From NCBI RefSeq assembly GCF_020745735.1, contig NC_083422.1, forward strand, positions 21,142,001 to 21,206,000: a DNA stretch of 64,000 nt. The letters are read 5' to 3'. Below are positions 12,711-26,350 of this stretch, piece after piece. Within the stretch, counting starts at the first letter, position 1. The number at the start of each line of letters is the position of its first letter. The notes under the pieces are model-generated. The model saw only the letters and a program-made list of their open reading frames with translations. It made no database searches and was not told the origin of the DNA. The DNA is from Hemiscyllium ocellatum (lineage: Eukaryota). The position numbers and the translations under genes were made by a program.

Positions 12711-13368
12711 ATTCTCTTTGTTTCTGTTACCTGCCTTTTCAATCTTCTTGGAATTTTGTAATCAGGCTGGCTATTGGTTGTTTTTTCCACCTGACACCTG
12801 TCCACAGTATACTTTTTCGTATTCATCTTCAGTTTTTTTTAATCTAAAGGTGTGGTTCTTTGTTCGCCCAACCTGTTCCCTCCATGGGTGTTTACATTGA
12901 CTGTGCCCAAACAATCTCTTCAGCGACAGTTTTGATTCCAATTTATCCGGATCAGATTCATACAGCATTGAAATTGGCTAACACACTTACTATTGCGCCA
13001 GATTGTTCCTTGCCAATTTTTATCTTAAACCTTATTATAAAATTATCACTATTTTCAAAATGTTCCTGTACTTGATATGTGTGACAACTTGACATACCTG
13101 ATTCGCAAGAGCAAAGTCCACAAATGCCTCTTCTCCCATTGGACTAGAAACTTACTGCCATTGAAAACACCTCTCAACACACACTGGGAACTTTTGACTG
13201 TTGTTTACGCTATTATCCAAGTCTATATTTAGATAGTTAAAGTCCCCCATTATAAATATTCCATATTGTGCACATCGCTGTGATTTCCTTGCTAATTTGT
13301 TCTACTTCTTTCCCATTAGTTGATAATCTAAAGACCTCACTGATCAATCTAGTTGCTCCTTTTTTGTT

Positions 13369-13615
13369 AAAACATAAAAGCAAATTGCTGCGGATGCTGG
13401 AATCTGAAACCAAAAGAGAAAATGCTGGAAAATCTCAGCAGGTCTGGCAGCATCTGTAAGGAGAGAAAAGAGCTGACGTTTCGAGTCTAACTGACCCTTT
13501 GTCAAAAAAAAAGCTTTTTTTTGACAAAGGGTCAGTTAGACTCGAAACGTCAGTTCTTTTCTCTCCTTACAGATGCTGCCAGACCTGCTGAGATTTTCCA
13601 GCATTTTCTCTTTTG
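13369..13615. mobile_element. Palindromic PLE-type insertion with U3-A8 variant hammerheads
   Basis: Arms 13410-13512 and 13515-13616, centre A9-GC-T8, 41 nt extra tail on the left, TSD gctccttttttgtt (13355-13368 / 13616-13630, one extra T on the right). Confidence 0.9.
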
Positions 13616-13793
13616 GCTCCTTTTTTTGTTGTTGCATACTTCTGGGACCTGAGCCTGGCTGCTCTGGGAAATCTGCTGTCTCCTTTTGTTCTCTGAAGCA
13701 ACAATTTCTCCATTTTTCTTTCCTTCCCCATCTTCCCTGAAAACTTTATACTCCAGGAATATTTATTGCACAATCCTGAAACTTGTTGGGATT

Positions 13794-14425
13794 ATAGAGT
13801 CATACAGCATAGAAAGAGACCCTTCCATCCAACTCATCCACACCAACCAGACATCCCAATCCGATCTAGCCTCATTTGTCAGTATTTGGCCCGTATCCCA
13901 CTAAATCCTTCCTATTCATGTACCCGTCCAGCTGCCTCTTAAATTATACCAGTCTCCACCACTACCTCTCGCAGGTCATTCCTTACATGCACCACCCTCT
14001 GTGGGAAAAGTTATTCCTCAGGTGCTTTTGTAAATCTTACCCCTCTCACTGTAAACCTATGTTGTATAGTTTTGCACTTCCCCACCCTAGAAAAAAGGCC
14101 ATTAACCTTGTCAATATTCCTCATGTTTTTATAAACCGCTAAGGATTACCCCTTAGCCTCTAACACTCCAAGGGATAAATAGCCCCAGTTTATTCAGCCT
14201 TTCCTTAGAGCTCAAACCCTCCAGACCCGGCAATATTCTTGTGAATCTTTTCTGCACCCTCTCAAGTTTAACAACACCCTTTGTATAGAAGGGTGACTAG
14301 AATTTGTGTATGCAGTATTATAAAAATGGCCTCACCAATGTCATGTACAACCACAAAATGACATCCTAACTCCGATTTTCAATATTTTTTCCAATGAAGG
14401 CTTGCATACCAAATGCCTTCTTCAC
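13794..14425 (-). mobile_element. HER1-like CR1 3' end
   Basis: tagagtcatacagc tail and antisense RT C-terminus. Confidence 0.85.
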
Positions 14426-15217
14426 CACCGTGTGTCTACCTGCGACTCCACTTTCAAGGAACTACTAGATGAAAAGGCTTGAGAGTATGGAGCGTTAATG
14501 TTTATATAGATGCATTGTGTCAAAACAAACTGTTTCTTTAAAGGTGTTGAAATTTTGTAATTTAATAAATTTATCAAAAGTCAAACATACATGTTCAGAA
14601 ATGCAAATTGGAATGTCTCATGACAAATTCATTCAAAGTCAGTCTAAATAATTTAATTTCAACATCGTGGAAAGATAAAGAAGCAGTTTTTTGTGATATT
14701 ATTGATTTTGTTTCTCTCTTGATAATGCTTTTCATATTGGTGTCATAGTTTGAAACATCAAAGTCTCTAGCATTTTATTATATAATGATGCCACAATTGT
14801 GACATAGTTCATGGAGAAAGCAGGCAGCACAGCTTGCTAATCTTCAGTGTATCATTGATATTGCTTATGCTTTATGAGACAACAGAATCAGATTCATCAC
14901 AAGTAATATTACTCACATCAGTTTCTCACATCAGTTGAAACATCTGAACTATGCCCTTTAGGATGAAAGGTAGAACACTTCCTTTTAGTTTTAAGATAAG
15001 AGCTGTGTTTCATCGTTGTTTCAACTTGCAGTTATCGATACACACAAAGTCATTATTGAGCACAAAAACTCCAGGATCCAAATAGTGAACTCAATGTTTC
15101 TCCATTTGTTGTTTTTGGAGAAGAATGTAAGACTATTTCATTCACAAAGATTGTATGAGTTAAAATTATATAACTGAATTACTTGCAGCTCTTTCTTTTG
15201 ACCTTTTTGTATTACAG

Positions 15218-15317
15218 AGGTAAAGAGATTGGCCATGATGTGGACTTTTTGATAAGCTGCGCAGAAAACTTGGATGAAAACTTTCTTTGTAAGATAATCA
15301 ATAAGCTGGACATTCAG
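15218..15317 (+). CDS. DNTT: TdT (DNA nucleotidylexotransferase) internal exon, equivalent to human exon 8; (R)GKEIGHDVDFLISCAENLDENFLCKIINKLDIQ
   Basis: Polypyrimidine tract plus tacag acceptor (AG at 15216-15217) and gtagat donor (15318). The exon is 1 nt plus 33 codons and carries the Pol X motif GHDVDFLI with two catalytic Asp. It ends in phase 0, matching the next exon. Confidence 0.95.
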
Positions 15318-17564
15318 GTAGATATCAACGCTGCTAAATTACAGTGACTTAGCAATAAGCAACTTAATTTATGTTGTCCTCTGTATGTCATTTATTTTAT
15401 GCTAATAGCAACATCTAACGGAAAAACTAGAACCGCCACAAGTTAAAAATTAGCCAAAAATCAGCCAATGCGTTAGGAACATTTGCTCAGTAGATTCAAG
15501 ACAGAGCAGATTTATAATTGCAATTATATGAAGAATAAAAGTTAATTAGTTTTGAGATTCAACCTTGGAATCTAATTAGAAAAGGGAAGAATTATATTAG
15601 CTCTGATTTTAACTCCAGGCTGGTTCTGGGTCAGTGGTGAGTAACATGACTTCAATAAAGATTTTACCTTCTGGTACAGAAAACAGACTTGAGCATTTTA
15701 TCTCCTAGGCTTTGTTAGAATTCTATGTGCAGTTTCCCCACTCAATTCACAGGGAAATAAGTTGAATATCATCATGGCACAGTCAAAGGTTTAATAAATG
15801 TGAAAAGATCTTGGGCCACAACATCATTACACAATGTGGACATCAACATTGCACCAGCTTTGCTGAAACTACTGAGGACATGCCTTACAGATGTAGTAGG
15901 ATTAGTAAAGATACTTCGCAAGGTAAGCGTGGTAAGTGCAATCTAATGCTGTGTCAAAGTGTGTTGGTATAGAGGAAGCATTGTGATTGACTGGGAAATC
16001 CCAGTGCCTTCATCCTGTTAAGTCAGGGTCAGGGAGACTTTCAGACTACCTTCCCACACAGTGGTACACCACCTTAAGTGCTTTGTTTAACTAGTGATGG
16101 TAGAGGACTCATTGTCCAAGGAGGGCTAGCCAACAAACCCTGTTTAGTTATCTTGTGGCCTTTTAGGGTCACGTGTTTGCCTGTGGGATCTGACATCTGA
16201 AAGGGGAAGTCCATGGGATGCCACTCTCTTTGTCCTTAATGTTGACACCCTTCTGTCCCCACTGGCACAGCCACCACCTTGCAATACCTGTCCTGCCCAC
16301 ATTCACTTCAATCTCATTACTGATCCTTTGCATTGGAAATACGAAATAATAAAATATCAACAGTTGCCCACACTCATGGTCTGCACAACAGCCAGTATCT
16401 CCTTAAACATAGAAATGGGAGCAAGGGGAGGCCATTTGGCCCTTCCACCCTGCTCTGCAATTCAATATGGTCATGGTTAATCGCCCAACTCAGTACCCTG
16501 TTCCTGCTTTCTCCCCATACCTTTTAAATCCATTTAATCTTTAATGTAGTAAAATGAAGGAATGGGTGAATGTACCCTGATCAGTTTGTAGTAACCCTTT
16601 TTAACTTAAGTTTGTTGCACAGTGAGATAGGGAGCAAGAGTCAGGGGAAGGTCCAACACAACTTTATTGAACATTTTATCAAGATAAAACAATATTTATC
16701 AGACTGTACTGTTGTACTTTAATTAAATGCTACCAAACTCTATCAATCACTTCATGGGACTCCTCAAGAAACAGTCTTAAATCTCTAAGTAAACAGTCTC
16801 AAATCTGCATTAGCTATCTAATTCTGACATACATTTCCAAGGATTTACTATACCCTATCCATAGGTGCCTACGACTGTATTTGAGCTGTTTGTCTAACAG
16901 GACTGCGAATACTCATTCAATAATGCTGGGACAAGGTTGAGCGATGTTTCAGGATCTGCAGTTGCTGATTTAGACCTCCCCTCTCCTCAAGGGCTGGTTG
17001 TGGTCTCAACATGTTGGTCTCTCCATTGAAGAAGGTGCAAAAAACAAAAGCTGCCCCTTTATCCTCTCAAAGAAACTATGGCCCATGTCCAATACTAGCA
17101 TTGAGTGGGGCAGCTAGACCCAATGAGATAACTACTTTAATATTTGGAGGTTGCAGAACATGGTTATGATCCTTCAACTGTTGAGTACTGTCCTTGCCAC
17201 ACTATTCCTCTGGCTTTCCTACTGAGCTGGGTGCCACCAGGTCTGTGTAGCATTCTTCTAACAGCACAGGTTGACTGGATATGAAAATACAGCTTGTTCT
17301 GAAACAATGTGGCTTTTAGCTCCTGGTCAGGCTGATCGGGCCTGCCTGGTTTCCATGGGATTTGATTGTCCAAGGCTTAGCTGCATGAACACTCTGTTCC
17401 AACTCTGCAGCTTGCAAAAAGTTCAAACTTGGCTTCCACATTTTGAGTTATTTTATCCATGCTCACGACACGGTATCAATATTTCTTTAACAATCCTGGA
17501 GATCATGGGTCACCTGACCATAGTAAGAACTTTAGATATTTTCCTACCAGCCTGTCTAAACATG

Positions 17565-17650
17565 TAAGTACACACGTCCAGAGCAGGTAGAACTTCAATC
17601 TGAGACTCCTAGCTCAAAGATCGAGACATTACCACAACACCACAAGAGCA
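17565..17650 (-). mobile_element. tRNA-derived SINE head (related copy at about 27410-27510, +)
   Basis: A/B-box-like motifs; cc(c/t)acctgctct..a.gtgtg shared by both copies. Confidence 0.5.
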
Positions 17651-18189
17651 ATGCCCTAACAACTAACCTTAATCATATCTAATGAGCAGCAGGTCATACT
17701 GAGTGGAGATTTTCACCTTGTCAGGGCCTGAATTCAATGGGAGAACTGATGTTACTGTCCAGGTGAATATTTGTTACCTTGGATTGTCCTGGGCTACCCC
17801 TGGAAAGAGAATGTGGGGCGCCCACTGGATATTCACTGGTTTAAGGCTACAATCACCAGCCCTATTATCTTCTCTGATCACTTAATGACAGATTCCACAC
17901 AAATCTGGGGCTAAATTCATTAACTCTGAAAACGTGTCAGGAGCACAACGAGAAGTTCACCTTAAAATGATGTTAGCGATGAAGGAGGTAAACCAGTTTT
18001 GTGTAGTATTCTGCTGATTTGAATGATTTCAGTGTCTAGTCAATGTAAACCATACTGTTGAATGTATCATCTGTGGCCTGTGAAATTGGTGAACGTGACA
18101 TTATCCACTTTACCAATGGTCAGGCATCAGTCGGACACAAATGATGTGGAAATTTACCCTGCACAGCTGAGCTGGACCTCCTCTGGTGC

Positions 18190-18415
18190 CTTGATGATAA
18201 CTGCAAGCCACATACCGTCCTGACTTTGAGATATATTGCCATTCCTTTAGTATTGCTGGGTCAAATTCCCGGAACTCTCACCACTCGTAGTTTTACTTGC
18301 ACCAAGTGGACTATAATGGTTCAAAGGGGCAGCTCACCATCACTTTCTCAACTCAGGGTCGATAATAAATCCTGGTCCAATCAGCGAGGCCCATCCATTG
18401 AAGGAATAAAAAGTA
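18190..18415 (+). mobile_element. L2-like LINE/SINE 3' tail
   Basis: Matches the 3' end at 39330-39570 (ggttcaa...gcagctcacca...ttctca...aataaa...ccatcca). Confidence 0.6.
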
Positions 18416-18489
18416 ACAGGTGATGTCTCTTTATAACAGCCTGACAAGAGCCAATAATAAAAAGCTTAAAGCAGTGGTGAATTTACAGC

Positions 18490-21400
18490 CATGTCTTAGC
18501 TGCAATACATTGGAGTAGAATGGAGAGATAGAATAGACTAACAGTAATAGTGAGGGTAGGCAACGGGGAGTCGGAACCGTGTTGCAATGGAAATGTGTCT
18601 GATGGGTGTTGTTTATCGCCAGTCATCTTGAATGTGTCTGCAGAAGCATCTGTGCGGAGAGGAGGGCCACGTGTACATGGCCTGCCCAAGACGAGGGGCC
18701 GCCACCTACGCATAGATGGCCGGAGGTGGCAATGCGAGCCATGGACTGCAAAAGGCCAACAAGGTACCACAAACCGGCAGGGGAACAGTGTCTGAGGGCA
18801 CCCAGAAGGATGGAGTGGAGCAGACGGCAGCCAACAGGGAGGTGCAGCAGCCAATCCAAGCTCCCACAGGACAGACGGAGGAAATGGAGGAGGAGCAAAC
18901 CGAGGAGGCAGAGGAGTGGATTCCTGTAAAAACCAGGAAGAGGAAACCTCGCCAGGCCCCCAAAGCCACCCAGCAAAGGGAGAAACGACACCTGCATGAG
19001 GAGGATACAGGCAGCTCTTCAGATGGTGAGGACGGGTGTAAGGAGGGTCATCACCAGAGGAAGAGACAGAGTGCTGCGGGGAGAAAGGAGGGCAGCATCC
19101 GCCAAACAGGAAACGATGAACCCTCTGAGGGAGCTGGTAAAGACGACCCCCCCCACCCGGTGAGAACCAGGAGGTACCCATCGCCCCACAGCTCCAGGTA
19201 ACTAGGAGCAGCGATCCTCGGACAGCCTCGCTGTCAGACAGAGTACAGGACTGTGTGAACCCTGGTCCCGACCCAAAGAAACCAGAGCGGGGAAATGCCT
19301 GCAGCGTGGAGCCAGACAGCGACCTCAGCCCTGCGAATGTCCAGGTTAAGGAGGTGGTGGGCAGGCACCTCCTCGTCGCTGATGTCATGTACAAAAACGC
19401 TCCGCTGAGACTGATTAATGTGTACACTCCAATGATGAGAGTGAACAGTTGGCTGTCCTGCAGCAGCTTCCACTGTTGCTGGCTACGTTCAGACCAGTCA
19501 TTCTGGCCGGAGACTTCAACTGTATCATTGATGCAGATGGACGATCCGGCGGGGGGGACAGTAAACTGGACGCCACGTTCAGAGCCCTGATGGAAATGGT
19601 AAAAGATGCCAAGCTGTACGATGTCTTCAGCACCCCTGCAGACGGAGCGCAGCGTAGATACACCTGGTCATGGGCAGACGGGTCTATCCGCTCAAGGAAA
19701 GATTGCTTGTTTGTGTCCTAAACGTTCTTGGTCAGATCCACTGACATCAAGTCAGTGTTCTTTTCTGACCACTGCCTACTGCTGGCCGATTGGTAAGGGA
19801 ACATGGAAGCTGAACACCAAGCTGTTGACCCCAGGAAACATTGAGGAGCTCAAGAGGGACTACGCAGGTTGGAGAACTGTGAAGCCCCTGTTTGAGTCCC
19901 CAGTGGACTAGTGGGAAACAGTAAAAAGGAACATCAAGATGTTTTTCATCCTCAAAGGTGTTCAGGAGGTGAATGAGAGGCGGGGAAAACTGTCCCAACT
20001 CAAGGAAAGTATGCAGAACCTGCTCCTGCTGTAGACGATGGGGGTTGATGTCACAGAGGACCTCCAGGAGGTGAAGGGCCAGCAAGCCTTGACCTTTGCC
20101 TCGGAGGCCTCCAAGATAATCTTCTGGTCCAGGGTCCACTCCATGGAGCAGTTCGAGACGTGCTCACATTTCTTCTTCCAAAAGGCGCACAAAGAGAGTT
20201 CCGTGCTCAGCAGCCTGAAGGAAGAAGATGGCTCGGTAACATCATCTCAGGCTGACGTCATGAGGATCAGCAAATCCTTCTATGACAGTCTGTATGACTC
20301 GAAGCCAACCGACAGCGCGGCCTCCCAGTTGTTCCTGTCCTCTATCACGGAAGTCTTAGACAACAGAACACGGGAGAGTCTGGACCAGCCACTATCTCTG
20401 GACGAGCTGACCAAGGCCCTCGAGTCCTTCGAAAAGAATAAAACTCCCAGAAGCGATGGCTTACCGGTCAAGCTCTATTCTGCTCTGTGGGACTTGATTG
20501 GCCAGGGCCTGCTGGAGGTGTATGTCAGTATGCTTTGGGCAGGTACCATGAGTGAATCCATGAGGAAAGGCATCATCACCCTCATCTACAAGCAGAAGGG
20601 GGAGAGGGAGGAACTCAGAAATTGGAGACCAATCTCACTATTGAATGCAGATTCGAAAATCTTGTCAAAGGTCATCGCCAACCGGGTCAGGTCTGCTCTG
20701 GGGTCGGTGATTCACCCTGACCAAACCTGTGCTGTACCGGGCAGGAAGATCGCTGAGGGTCTCGCACTCCTCAGGGATACGATCACCTACATGCAGGACA
20801 GGGGGCTGGACACCTGCCTCATCAGCCCACGACCAGGAGAAAACCTTTGAAAGGATATCACATACGTATACGAGAGATGTTCTCTCCCAAATGGGCTTTG
20901 GGGAGGGAATCTGCAATTGGATCAGACTGCTCTACACCAACATTGTCAGTGCAGTCTCAATCAATGGGTGGGAATCAGAGTGCTTCCCAGTCAGATCTGG
21001 AGTCAGGCAGGGCTGCCCTCTCTCTCCTGCCTTGTTTATGTTCTGCATAGAGCCATTTGCCGAGTCTATCAGGAAGGATGTGAGCCTGAGAGAGGTGACT
21101 ATTCCTGGCAGCAGGAGCCTGCAAGTTAAGGCCTCCCTGTACATGGATGATGCCGCTGTTTTCTGCTCGGATTCGCTGTCCGTGCACAGACTCATGTGCA
21201 TATGTGACCAGTTTGAATGGGCCTCGGGAGCCAAGGTCAACCGAGGCAAGAGCGAGGCCATGCTCTTCAGGAACTGGGCCGACCAATCCTCCATCCCCTT
21301 CACTGTCAGGACTGACCACCTGAAGGTGCTGGGTATTTGGTTCGGAGAGGCTGAGGCGTGCGCCAAGTCTTGGGGGGAGCGTATCAAGAAAGTGAGGCAA

Positions 21401-23400
21401 AAACTGGGCAGATGGAAGCTACAGTCGCTGTCTATCACGGGAAAAAACCTGGTCATCAGGTGTGAGGCATTGTCAGTGTTGTTATGTGTGGCACAGATCT
21501 GGCCTATTCCCAGAACCTGTGCCATCACAGTCACCCGGGCCATCTTCCAGTTTATATGGAGATCAAAGATGGCCAGGGTCTGAAGGGATTCGATGTACAA
21601 AGATCTGGGCAATGGGGAAAAAACACACCAAATGCCACCCCACCCTGATGGTCACCTTTGTGTGTGGCTGCTTCAAGCTGTGCGTGGATCCCTTGTACAC
21701 AAACAGAAAGTGTCACTACGTACTGAGGTTCTACCTGTCCCCGGTGTTGCGAAGGATGGGCCTGGCCTCGCTGCTGCGGAACGCTCCAAGTAGTTGGACC
21801 GTTCTGTATCACCTGTCCTTTGTGGAGAAGTTTATGAAGAAAAACCCCTTTGGCCACAAGTCCATCAGGAAGTGGTCAGCACGTAGTGTCCTTGCGACCC
21901 TTCGGGAAAAGAGAGGGCGGATCCTGAGCAGACTGTCAAAGTCATTTGGCAAAATGCCTCATCGCCAGAACTTTCCAACAAGCACCAAGACATGGTTTGG
22001 CTGGTAGTGAGAGGACTCTGCCTGTGAGATCCTTTATGCACGCCCAGACTCTCTGCCACACCGCACGATGCCCGCGAAGCGGCTGTGGTGGGGATGAGAC
22101 CATCACACACCTCCTTCTGGAATGTGCCTACGCAAAGGAAATCTGGACAGGAATGCAGTGGTGTTTGTCGAGGTTCATCCCGAGCAGCTCTGTGATGTGG
22201 GATTCCATGCTCTACGGTCTGCTCTCTGGGACGCACACCGAGACCAACATCAACTGTGCCTGGAGGATCATCGACTTGGTGAAGGACGCTCTCTGGGCGG
22301 TCCGAAACCTGTTGATCATTCAGCTGAAGGAGTTGACCCCGACAGGGTGTTGCATACTGGCACATTCCAAGGTCCAGGACTACGTGTTGAGGGACGCGCT
22401 GAAGCTTGGAGCAGCTGTCGTCAAGGCATGGTGGGGAAAGATCACCATGTAATGTCTGCCTGTCAAAGAACAGGGGCCAACCGCAGTAAAGTGGGCTCCG
22501 CTGACGCCTCAGCTAAATATATGGATATATGGATGGTAAATGTACAAACCTGTATATACGAATGATTACTCAATCTCTGTATGCAAAGAAATGGAATGTT
22601 TACGTATGTATGGCATGAACAATTGTACAGATCATCAAAATATTTTATGAATAAAGTATATTTTTGAAATTAAAAAAAGTGTCTGCAGAAGCACAAATCA
22701 AATAAGTATTTGAAAACCAGTGTTAAGATTGGGGGAGGGGAGCAAATGATAACTTCAATTAGATTTGCAAATAACAAAACACTTGAAGCAAGCGCAGGGA
22801 GAGGATGACACGTGCCAGTAGGTAGACCAGTAACAGTGGGCAGGGCCTTTGGAATATAAAGGAACCTTGGAAAAGCCAAAATGATGCAAGTTTTAAATCA
22901 CCAAGAAACATTCATATGTGCATGGAAGGAAGAGAACTGGAACAGCTGCAAGAATTCAAATGTTTATGAAACAGTCTGTGCAGATGGAAGGTGCAACAAA
23001 GAATTAAGATCAAAATAACAATGGGCAAAATGATATTTAGTCAGAGATAGTTGCAAATCAGAATATTGAAAAGACAATTCAAAAAAAGCAATGTGTAGAG
23101 AGCTTGATTCAGAGTGTCATTTCTTATGGTTCTGAGACTGGAGGAGGAGAGTACCTAATTAACTAACTTTGAAATGGAAGTTTGGAGGAGAAAGGAAAGG
23201 ATTTGCTTCCATAAAAAGTAACAAATGTTGAAATGTTATGAACAGCAAATGAACTTGTTGAACACAATTAGATAATTAGGAGAAAGAGGGAAACTGGGAA
23301 GGATGCATTTTAAAAGAAACAAAGTTGTATGAGATGTTATGGAGGAGAGATTTCAATGTGAAAGATGATGATGAGGAAAGACAATATTAATGCTAGCTGC
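18490..23400 (+). mobile_element. Ancient RTE-clade LINE RT fragment, split by the Tx1 insertion
   Basis: VRVGNGESEPC...GCCLSPVILNVSAEA left of the insertion; SVKIGG...IRFANN and YGSETW-like remnants to the right. Confidence 0.7.
18649..22678 (+). mobile_element. Tx1-clade (L1 superclade) non-LTR retrotransposon, 5'-truncated and decayed
   Basis: ORF1 knuckle remnant LCGEEGHVYMAC. ORF2: APE (LINVY, ILAGDFNC, FSDH), RT (WRPISLLN, GVRQGCPLSPALF, LYMDD) and C-terminal CPRSGCGGDETITHLLLEC. AATAAA plus A-tail; TSD gtgtctgcagaagca (18634-18648 / 22679-22693). Confidence 0.92.
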
Positions 23401-23867
23401 TTGAACATTGAAGGAAATTATTGTCAAATATAAAGGAAGGTGTGACATATAAATCTATGGAAAGACTGCATCTAGTCAAAGACCTCCCTTTGGGCAAAGC
23501 ACACATGCTAATGTTATATTTGGTAACAAGTCCTGTTGTGACAGATTGGCAACTGTCTCCATGCAAAATTACAGCATCTTTGAGCGCTACATCTCAAAAG
23601 TATCCAAGACACAAACTCTTACCTTATAACCAATGTGGGTACATAAGTAAGATAAGTTGTGAACAGTTCCCTTTAGCTGCAGCCTTTTAAGAGACCCACT
23701 TGTTTCAAGCCCCAGGTATTGAGACTACAGCTCCTCTTCTTCATCCGTCCAAATGAATGAAGCCACAAAGGCGTGCATATTAAATAATGAATGTTTAGGG
23801 TAGAAATGTAAGGATATGATCAGGAAGTAGCAAAGAAGCTCAAGCCAGTCTTAGAAATGCATTAATC

Positions 23868-24132
23868 ACTATTGTGGTTCTGTTCGCCGAGCTGGGAATT
23901 TGTGTTGCAGACGTTTCGCCCCCCTGTCTAGATGACATCCTCAGTGCTTGGGAGCCTCCTGTGAATGTTCCGGCACTTATAGGAAACATCACAGAAACGC
24001 TTCACAGGAGGCTCCCAAGCACTGAGGATGTCACCTAGACAGGGGACGAAACATCTGCAACACAAATTCCCAGCTCGGCAAACAGAACCACAACAACGAG
24101 CACCCGAGCTACAAATCTTCTCACAAACATTG
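23868..24132. mobile_element. Palindromic PLE-type insertion (Poseidon-like family) with inverted hammerheads
   Basis: Arms about 23872-23965 and 24001-24093, HHR gca-CTGAGGA...GAAAC(g/a)TC-tgc, 39 nt extra tail on the right, TSD aatgcattaatc (23856-23867 / 24133-24144). Confidence 0.9.
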
Positions 24133-24875
24133 AATGCATTAATCCCAATGGCTCACAGATCCTAATGGGCTTCAGATTAAAGTCATATCAGATTTGTGAA
24201 ACTAATTCCATTGCTTTTCACTGAGGACATTTATTACTGACCAGCTCCATCATAAAAGTCAGAGTCAATGGGTTTCCCACAGGGATCGAGCAGTAGGCCA
24301 ATTTTACACCATTTCATTTATCTTGTTCTTGCTGGTAGATTGGTTTCAAACTGTGACCATAGATTATGAAAACAAAGGAAGGTCATTTATAACCAGTAAA
24401 TTCTGCACAGCCCCTGAGGATAATAGGGGTGCTTTCTTATTAGAGAGAGATGACTGGTGGTGGTTCAACCTGAGGGTCATCACACCTCCGGCAAGGTTGA
24501 GGAAGTGCATCTTCATGGTGACCTCAGCCAATACAGGAACTGAATCTGTGCTGATGGCATTGCTCTGCATCGCCAACCAGCTATATTCAGATTAAATCTC
24601 AAAGCATCATGTTATTTGTCCTTTTTTAAGGATATACATTTTATGAATAGCATGTAGGTTTTTTTCTTTCCATTTTTCACTTTCTTTTGTGTTGTTCTTG
24701 TTCATTCTGGCTGAGTACATTCCAGGCCATTCTTGTTTGTGTACAAAGGTTAAAGAACATAAGAATTGTAGATTATCAAGTTTATAACACATAGGGAATT
24801 CAACTGACCCATTATTCCTCTGTATGTGCTGGATCATCAACAGGATTTATCTATCATAGCAATTTGTAGCACCTC

Positions 24876-25128
24876 ATTCCCGACTCTGGCGACTGACTGT
24901 GTGGAGTTTGCACGTTCTCCCCGTGTCTGCGTGGGTTTCCTCCGGGTACACCGGTTTCTTCCCACAGTCCAAAGATGTGCAGGTCAGGTGAATTGGCCAT
25001 GCTAAATTGCCCGTAGTGTTAGGTAAGGGGTAAATGTAGGGGTATGGGTGGGTTGCGCTTTGGCGGGTCGGTGTGGACTTGTTGGGCCGAAGGGGCTGTT
25101 TCCACACTGTAATGTAATCCAATCTAAT
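24876..25128 (+). mobile_element. HE1-like V-SINE, 5'-truncated
   Basis: Close match to the 11156 copy from the B box to the aatct tail. Confidence 0.92.
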
Positions 25129-25900
25129 TATTGTAGAAAAATATCCTAAAGTGAAGTTCCAAAGAAGACTCATTATTTCAAAATATTAATTTTACAGATG
25201 TTGTCAAACCTGCTGAGTTTCTCTAACATATCCTGTTTTTATTATCCAAAGTATTTTGCAGGTTTTGAAAAAATAGGTTCTAACTAATGTGCTCTAATTG
25301 TAACTCAGCATTCTTTCACCAAACTCTAAAGGTGTTAATCACTTGGACAGCATTCCTGGATATGTATTGAAAATTATTTTAGCTTTAATTTTAAGGAATT
25401 TTATGTTCTCCATGCAATTCACTCATGAGTTTTCACATTTGATTATAAAGTTACTACAAATAGATTCAGATTAAGTGAGGTGAAACAGTCTATTTATTCA
25501 TATTGCATCTGACCTGCAGAAATCTCACCATTATACTGTTTGCTCAAACTGCATTGCTGTGAAAAACAATGTCTTTTTGCAGTCAGCTCAGAGTGTGACA
25601 GTCCTCTGGAGGCCTGGAAACCAATGATAAAGTGAAGGAGGCACAGGTTGACTGTTTGCATCATAACCTTGTCATAAGAACTAACATCTTGAAAGGATTT
25701 AGCATTAGCAATTAGGATGGCTTGATACTGCTGCTCTGGCCTTAGATATGGAAGATGAGATTTGTCACGAGGGATGTTTTTACAAAACCATTTCTTCGAT
25801 TCACTGTTTTGTCAAATAACATCATGTGAGCTGTCACAAGTATGGAGGAAAAAAAATGAGTTTCACTAGCTTGACAACTGCTGTAAAAATGTTGAACTGA

Positions 25901-26350
<450 letters not shown>

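Larger units (their letters stand above)
11560..13790 (-). mobile_element. Old CR1 LINE (endonuclease/linker region), host to the 11757 and 13369 insertions
   Basis: Antisense IMGDFNYLNID (APE motif) near 13230-13255. The host sequence resumes across both insertions. Confidence 0.7.

Noticed and set aside
15891-15931. Possible poison micro-exon (ttacag ... AAG|gtaagc or G|gtaagt)
   Set aside because: The polypyrimidine tract is weak, it would encode Met-stop, there is no homology support, and such pseudo-exons are common. RNA-seq would be needed.
16617-16660. CACAGTG heptamers as recombination signal sequences
   Set aside because: No ACAAAAACC-like nonamer at 12 or 23 nt spacing here or at 5679 and 63038.
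18483-19427. 314 aa minus-strand ORF and other antisense ORFs over the Tx1 element
   Set aside because: These are shadow frames of GC-rich ORF1/ORF2 sequence with no recognisable motifs.
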